Assembly (NCBI GenBank): GCA_963665115.1
Contig: OY762007.1
Coordinates: 6,688,001-6,752,000 of the forward strand
Direction: 5' to 3'
Source of the DNA: an uncultured Rivularia sp.
GTDB lineage: Bacteria; Cyanobacteriota; Cyanobacteriia; Cyanobacteriales; Nostocaceae
DNA: 64,000 bases
Shown here: positions 62,108-64,000 of the stretch, piece by piece
Position numbering within the stretch: the first letter of the stretch is position 1
Layout: each line of letters begins with the position of its first letter
The notes under the pieces: generated by a model
What the model was told of the DNA's origin: nothing
Database searches by the model: none
Seen by the model: only the letters and a program-made list of their open reading frames with translations
Translations under genes and position numbers: made by a program

Positions 62108-63601
62108 CTACAAGGAATCGAGCATATCAACTAAGGCATCCATTTCTTGCCAAAAAGCTCTACTACCTTGTTCCCAATCTGACCAAGCTTCAGTCAGGGT
62201 TTTTACTTCCTCGTTTTGATTATTAACTGTTATTCGCCGCACATAAAGCGGAATAGATAAACTGTAATCTTGAGCAGCAATATCTTCGACAGTCGCCACT
62301 TTAGCAAAGCCGGGGTCATCTGTATAACTTTGATACGCATTGAGAATACGTGACTGATGGTCTGGCTTGAGGAAGCTTTGCCCCTGCATACGGGCTACTT
62401 CATTTACTGCATCAATAAATAAAATTCCTCCTTGCCGTTCTGCGGGCTTAGAAGTACGGCAAATAATGATACAAGCTTCCATTGGTGAGTTATAAAACAA
62501 GTTTGGTGCCAAACCAAGGACACATTCGACCAAATCAGCTTCAACCAACTTCTGCCGCATCTGGGCTTCTTCTTTGCGGAATAATACCCCATGCGGAAAG
62601 AGAATTGCACAGCGTCCCGTTTTTGGGTCAAGACTTTTGAGAATGTGCTGAAAAAAGGTATAGTCAGCCCTTCCTTGAGGTGGTGTCCCTAAAAAGTTAC
62701 GTTGCCAGGAGTCAGTTTGAAATGCTTCCCGGTTCCACTGTTTAATCGAGTAGGGTGGATTGGCAAGAACTACATCAAAAGTCCGCAACTGGTCATTTTC
62801 GGTAAAAGCAGGATATTCTAGGGTGTCACCGCGCATAATTTGGTAATCATCAACACCATGTAGTACCAAATTCATGCGGGCAATGGAAGCGGTCATGTGG
62901 TTGCGCTCCTGTCCGTAAAGCTTGAGGGTACGATGTTCTTTCCCTGTACGCTTCACCTCAGTTAATGCCGAAATCAACATTCCACCCGTACCGCAGGTTG
63001 GATCGTAAATGCGATCGCCAGATTCAGGTGCGAGCATCTGCACCATCAAATATACAACTGTACGGTTTGTGTAAAATTCTTGGGCTGTATGTCCGCTATC
63101 GTCAGCAAATTTTTTAATTAAATACTCGTAAGCATTACCTAGTTCATCTTCAGGAACATTCTCTAAGGACAATACCACAGTAGAAAAATGCTCTAACAGA
63201 TTTTTGATAACCGAATCAGGTAAACGTTCTTTATTTGTCCAGGGGGCATCTCCAAAAATACCATCTAACCGACCGGGGTTAGCGGTTTCAATAGCTCGCA
63301 TCGCATCTTGTAAAGCTTTACCAACATCTTTGGCAACAATGCGAACATCTTTCCAGTGAGCATTATCAGGGATAATAAAACGGTCATTGGCAGTATCGCG
63401 GGCATAATTAACATCATCCGTATCAGCTAAAGCTTGAGTAAATTCCTCATCCCAAACATCAGATAGCCGCTTGTAAAACAGCAAGGGAAAGACATATTGT
63501 TTGTAGTCACCCGCATCAACTAGCCCACGCAAAATGGTGGCTGCTCCCCATAGATAACTCTCCAGGGCTTGTTGTGTAATTTGTTCGCTCACTCCAGCCA
63601 T
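62108..63601 (-). CDS. hsdM: Type I methyltransferase subunit M with NPPY motif IV
   Basis: LW.AA.ILRG, YDPTCGTGGML, VLANPPYS, PHGVLFR. Confidence 0.93.
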   Translation of the reverse strand: MAGVSEQITQQALESYLWGAATILRGLVDAGDYKQYVFPLLFYKRLSDVWDEEFTQALADTDDVNYARDTANDRFIIPDNAHWKDVRIVAKDVGKALQDAMRAIETANPGRLDGIFGDAPWTNKERLPDSVIKNLLEHFSTVVLSLENVPEDELGNAYEYLIKKFADDSGHTAQEFYTNRTVVYLMVQMLAPESGDRIYDPTCGTGGMLISALTEVKRTGKEHRTLKLYGQERNHMTASIARMNLVLHGVDDYQIMRGDTLEYPAFTENDQLRTFDVVLANPPYSIKQWNREAFQTDSWQRNFLGTPPQGRADYTFFQHILKSLDPKTGRCAILFPHGVLFRKEEAQMRQKLVEADLVECVLGLAPNLFYNSPMEACIIICRTSKPAERQGGILFIDAVNEVARMQGQSFLKPDHQSRILNAYQSYTDDPGFAKVATVEDIAAQDYSLSIPLYVRRITVNNQNEEVKTLTEAWSDWEQGSRAFWQEMDALVDMLDSL

Positions 63602-64000
63602 CCCCCTTCTTGCATTACCTGCCGCAGACGTTCCTCAGCTTCTCGGCATTGTACCAGAGCATCTTTAAAAGATGCGATGGCTTCGTCTAAAGGTGGAATA
63701 TCGGCTCCTATTGGCGGTAAAACATAACGAGAAATGTTGAGCGTCCATCCTTCTTTTTCAATTTCCTCCAGAGAAACCACACGCACGCGGTCTTGTACAT
63801 CTGTAAATTTCTGATACCAACTTAGAATTTCGGTAGCGTGTTTCGGTTCTAAGAAATTTTGGGCGCGTCCTTTACGAAACAGTGTTGAAGCATCAACAAT
63901 TAATACCTTACCTGCTCGTGCTTCAGCTTTACGCTGACGCAGTACCAATACACAAGCAGCCAAGCCAGTGCCGTAAAACAAGTTTGGTGCTAATCCAATA
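63589..64000 (-). CDS. hsdM: C-terminal part of a second type I methyltransferase subunit (truncated by window edge)
   Basis: IGLAPNLFYGTGLAACVLVL, IVDAS, WTLNISRYV; overlaps the start of the next hsdM. Confidence 0.85.
   Translation of the reverse strand, partial: IGLAPNLFYGTGLAACVLVLRQRKAEARAGKVLIVDASTLFRKGRAQNFLEPKHATEILSWYQKFTDVQDRVRVVSLEEIEKEGWTLNISRYVLPPIGADIPPLDEAIASFKDALVQCREAEERLRQVMQEGGWLE

Larger units (their letters stand above)
44805..64000. mobile_element. tRNA-Ala-targeting Tn7-like transposon (TnsAB-fusion type) with defence cargo; other end not seen in the window
   Basis: TGT terminus at 44805 with three TnsB-like sites; tnsAB-tnsC-tniQ/tnsD operon and a second tniQ; inclusion of the cargo is inferred from the absence of a second end. 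Confidence 0.85.

Overview
AT-rich chromosome segment from a filamentous (Nostocales/Rivulariaceae-like) cyanobacterium, inferred from many HIP1 (GCGATCGC) sites, STRR heptamer arrays and gene content. (i) 0.3-9.9 kb: an AAA_35-TM-WD40 gene and an HTH-AAA_35 gene bracket three secreted-protein genes whose upstream regions share an 11-bp-periodic ACCTGA-N6-CCTAT motif, a candidate STAND-type transmembrane signalling regulon. (ii) 10-44.6 kb: mostly housekeeping genes (folP, tpiA, atpD-atpC, ycf65, ruvB, hisF), plus an Slr1658/Slr1659/PP2C partner-switching operon with a PilJ/NarX-type sensor and an acyltransferase-glycosyltransferase trio. (iii) From 44805 to past the window end: a Tn7-like transposon inserted 31 bp downstream of tRNA-Ala(GGC), with TnsAB fusion, TnsC, TnsD-like TniQ, and a divergent C-protein-like Xre plus short TniQ. 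Its apparent cargo is an AlbA_2/HATPase protein, a two-MTase type I R-M system and HigBA. hsdS is split by a single-ORF IS66-family element (8-bp TSD) whose 3' non-coding part holds a strikingly structured putative RNA. No cas genes or CRISPR array are visible. Six genes are broken at short homopolymers, probably by assembly errors.
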